Positions 41,484 through 44,037 of a stretch of DNA of 44,037 bases are shown here, in pieces. The notes under the pieces were generated by a model. That model saw only the letters and a program-made list of their open reading frames with translations, was not told where the DNA came from and did no database searches. The stretch is from the IMG/VR virus record IMGVR_UViG_3300045988_088460; one strand, written 5' to 3'. The stretch comes from a virus. Numbering within the stretch: position 1 is the first letter of the stretch; every line of letters begins with the position of its first letter. The position numbers were made by a program, and so were the translations under genes.

Positions 41484-41786
41484 ATGAAAATTTACATAGC
41501 GGGAAAAATTGCCGGGGATCGGCGGTATCGGGCCAAGTTTCGAGAGGCGGCCAAGGCCCTGGAGGCGGCAGGCCATGTAGTCCTGAACCCCGCCACCCTG
41601 CCGGACGGCCTGGCCGACGGGGACTATATGCGGATCGCGCTGGCCATGCTGGAGGCGTCGGACCTGGCCGTGTTCCTCCCGGACTACCAGGAGAGCCGGG
41701 GCGCCATGGTGGAATGGGCCTGGTGCCAGCGGACCGGGAAAGAGTGCGCCCTGTATCTGGATATAGCTGGAGGTGGCAAAGGTTGA
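41484..41786 (+). CDS. DUF4406 protein (nucleoside 2-deoxyribosyltransferase-like fold)
   Basis: 100 aa. MKIYIAGKIAGD...FREAAKALEAAGHVVLNPA...DYMRIALAMLEASDLAVFLPDYQESRGAMVEWAWC matches the DUF4406 pattern. Confidence 0.7.
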   Translation: MKIYIAGKIAGDRRYRAKFREAAKALEAAGHVVLNPATLPDGLADGDYMRIALAMLEASDLAVFLPDYQESRGAMVEWAWCQRTGKECALYLDIAGGGKG

Positions 41787-43507
41787 GCAAGGCGCAGATC
41801 AGCATGTGGGAGGAAAAGATCGTGGACAGTTTCGCCGGCGGCGGCGGAGCCTCCACGGGCATTGAGCTGGCCACGGGCCGGGTGGTGGACATAGCGATCA
41901 ACCATGACCCTGACGCAATTTTAATGCACAAGACCAACCACCCGCACACCGTCCACTATCAGGCCAGCGTGTGGGATGTGGACCCGCTCGAAGTCACAGG
42001 AGGCAGCCCGGTGGGTTTACTGTGGGCCTCCCCTGACTGCAAGCATTTTTCCAAGGCCAAGGGCGGGAAGCCCGTGGACAAAAATATCCGGGGGCTGGCC
42101 TGGATTGTCCTGCGGTGGGCCGGGACGGTCCGGCCCCGCGTAGTCATTCTGGAGAATGTGGAGGAGTTCCAGACCTGGGGGCCGGTCCGCCGTGGGCACC
42201 CGGTAAAAGCAAAGGCCGGGCGAACATTCCGGCGCTTTATTGACCAGCTGGAGGGCCTGGGCTATGCGGTGGAATGGCGGGAGCTGGTGGCGGCTGACTA
42301 CGGGGCGCCAACAACCAGAAAGCGGTTTTTCCTAATTGCCCGCTGTGACGGGCAGCCCATTGTGTGGCCGGAGCCTACACACGCGCCGGCGGACAGCCCG
42401 GAGGTGCTGACCGGGAAGAAACTGCCCTGGCGGAGCGCGGCGGAAATCATAGACTGGAGCCTGCCCTGTCCCTCCATTTTTGAAACGCGGGAGGAAATCC
42501 GGGAGAAATACGGCATTTCCGCCCAGCGGCCACTCCGGCCCAACACCATGCGCCGGGTGGCCAGGGGCGTGGACAAGTTCGTGGTCAAGTCTGCAAACCC
42601 GTTTTTGGTGGTGGTCAACCACGCCGGAGAGTTCCGAGGCCAGGAGATTGGGGACCCGCTCCAGACCATTACAGCAAAACATGGGTATGGGGTGGCAAGC
42701 CCGGCCATGGTGCCCTGGACGGTGACCAACACCACCAACTCCACGGGCCACCCAGTCAATGAGCCAATAGACACGGCGCGGACCGGCGGCGGAGGCGGGC
42801 AAATGTTTTTGGGGGCCTCCCTGATCCAGTACCACACGGAACAGTCCGAGCATGTGAGAGGCCAGGAGATCACCGGGCCGATTATGACCATTGACGCCGC
42901 CAACCGCTACGGCCTGACGGCGGCCAGCCTGGTCAAATACTACGGGAACGACCAGCACGGCCAGGACATCCAGGACCCGCTCCACACGGTCACAGCAAAA
43001 GACCGGGAGGGGCTGACAACCGTCCACCTGGTCAAAATGAAAGGCACCAACCTGGGCGGACCGGCCACGGAGCCGGTGCAGACTATCACCGACGGCGGAG
43101 GCCATCATGGTGTGGTCACCACGAAAATCACCAGAGCGGAGCCGGGGGCGGATCTCCGACACTGGCCGGAGATCCGGGAGCTGCTGAATACATATTGCGG
43201 CTATGACCTGGGGCCGGAGGATGTGATCCTGTTCCAGATCAGCGGCGCCTGGTATTTCATGGCGGACATTGGCCTGCGTATGCTGACACCGCGGGAGCTG
43301 TACCGGGCAAACGGTTTCCCGGACGATTACAAGATCGAGCGGGACTACACCGGACAGACCTACGGGAAAAGCAAGCAGGTGGCCCGGTGCGGAAATGCGG
43401 TGCCTCCTCCCTTTGCCACGGCCCTGGTGCGGGCCAACCTGCCGGAGTGGTGCGCGGGGGTGGAGATCAACACCATGGAGGAACTGGAAAGGGCGGTGGC
43501 GGTGTGA
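41783..43507 (+). CDS. DNA (cytosine-5) methyltransferase
   Basis: TTG 41783 lies 6 nt after GGAGGTGG, and ATG 41804 is an alternative. Motif I DSFAGGGG, motif IV ASPDCKHFS, ENV, TPRELYRANGFPDDY and GNAVPPP. Confidence 0.9.
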   Translation: MSKAQISMWEEKIVDSFAGGGGASTGIELATGRVVDIAINHDPDAILMHKTNHPHTVHYQASVWDVDPLEVTGGSPVGLLWASPDCKHFSKAKGGKPVDKNIRGLAWIVLRWAGTVRPRVVILENVEEFQTWGPVRRGHPVKAKAGRTFRRFIDQLEGLGYAVEWRELVAADYGAPTTRKRFFLIARCDGQPIVWPEPTHAPADSPEVLTGKKLPWRSAAEIIDWSLPCPSIFETREEIREKYGISAQRPLRPNTMRRVARGVDKFVVKSANPFLVVVNHAGEFRGQEIGDPLQTITAKHGYGVASPAMVPWTVTNTTNSTGHPVNEPIDTARTGGGGGQMFLGASLIQYHTEQSEHVRGQEITGPIMTIDAANRYGLTAASLVKYYGNDQHGQDIQDPLHTVTAKDREGLTTVHLVKMKGTNLGGPATEPVQTITDGGGHHGVVTTKITRAEPGADLRHWPEIRELLNTYCGYDLGPEDVILFQISGAWYFMADIGLRMLTPRELYRANGFPDDYKIERDYTGQTYGKSKQVARCGNAVPPPFATALVRANLPEWCAGVEINTMEELERAVAV

Positions 43508-43527
43508 AAATACCGGACGATGTGTTT

Positions 43528-44037
43528 ATGACCCGTTGCCGCTACTGCGGGCATGGGCAGACGGGAGCAGAAAATAAAGAAATCCCGGATGATAAACTGT
43601 TTATTCACTTTTGGGCGAAGCAATCGCCGTGCGGGATCATCGGGATTGCACAATGCGATAAGGTCCAAGGCGAGTGTCTGGACTTCAAGCCTAACCCCAT
43701 GTTTGGAATTTGCGAATACTGCACTTTCACAAACAGCTTTCATCCCGGATTTTGTACGGCGCCCGGCGGGCCGGTGAACAAGCGGCGGGTATTCCTGGGA
43801 TGGAGCGGGATAGGAGATTATTACTCCGGCCACGCGCTTTTCACCTGTGACCGCTATCGAGTGAGTGAACGGTGGAAAGACCTAATCCTAAAAACCACCG
43901 TAGCGGGACGCGCACCGGCAAATTTTGACCCAGGAACATGGGAAGCCCTGAAACACATTGACGGGACAGCTACGGCAAAACGGTGGGCGGACCTGCAAGC
44001 CAAACGAAAGGCAGAACTGGAGGCAGAGGCAGAAAAA
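43528..44037 (+). CDS. Cys-rich hypothetical protein, 5' part (runs off the window end and closes at 109 on the circle)
   Basis: ATG 43528 (MTRCRYCGHG...). There is no stop before 44037, so it is absent from the ORF track. It has 10 Cys, including CRYC and CEYC pairs, and a coiled-coil tail. The in-frame GTG 43504 is an alternative start. Confidence 0.6.
   Translation, partial: MTRCRYCGHGQTGAENKEIPDDKLFIHFWAKQSPCGIIGIAQCDKVQGECLDFKPNPMFGICEYCTFTNSFHPGFCTAPGGPVNKRRVFLGWSGIGDYYSGHALFTCDRYRVSERWKDLILKTTVAGRAPANFDPGTWEALKHIDGTATAKRWADLQAKRKAELEAEAEK
43989..44037. repeat. Terminal direct repeat, copy 2
   Basis: Identical to nt 1-49. Confidence 0.95.

Overview
The window is a circularly closed contig. 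Nt 1-49 are identical to nt 43989-44037, so the unique length is about 43,988 bp, and one ORF (43528 -> junction -> 109) spans the closure. It reads as the complete genome of a GC-rich (roughly 60% by eye) contractile-tailed phage or excised prophage with strong GGAGG-type ribosome-binding sites. Almost all genes are on the + strand. In order: early and DNA-modification genes across the junction (DUF5131, ASCH, DUF1064); a sigma-like late regulator; a 530-nt non-coding candidate cos region; small terminase, lambda GpA-type large terminase, gpW and a lambda-type portal; HK97-type protease and capsid, a DUF2190 decoration protein and connectors. Next comes a low-GC reverse-strand moron encoding a membrane SWIM zinc-finger protein. 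The P2/Mu-like tail follows: sheath, tube, a -1 frameshifted chaperone, tape measure, gpX, gpD, gpV, PAAR, gpU, gp25-like, gpJ, gpI and the tail fibre. After the tail come a diversity-generating retroelement (DGR: Avd, TR, RT), the lysis cassette (CHAP-LysM endolysin, holins), a reverse-strand block of small genes, and a divergent-promoter switch with operator repeats and two XRE regulators. The rest holds an IS30-family transposase and early genes: MT-A70 and C5 methyltransferases, an SLT transglycosylase, a split PAPS-reductase-like gene, a small HUH Rep-like protein and DUF4406. The headline is that the DGR has two targets. VR1 is the C-terminus of the tail fibre. VR2 is the C-terminus of a free-standing paralogue of the fibre tip 8.8 kb downstream of the TR. 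Every TR/VR mismatch lies at a TR adenine, and a conserved post-VR flank plus hairpin is present at both targets but not at the TR. Secondary observations are two poly-G tracts with identical 5' flanks in two DNA-modification genes, a 122-bp direct-repeat-flanked interruption of the PAPS-reductase-like gene, and candidate antisense or small RNAs next to small membrane peptides and next to the Rep gene. A helical repeat module is also shared, with 29 identical nt, between the baseplate hub protein and the endolysin. No tyrosine or serine integrase, tRNA, rRNA or CRISPR array was seen. All family assignments come from motif recognition by eye and need HMM or BLAST confirmation.
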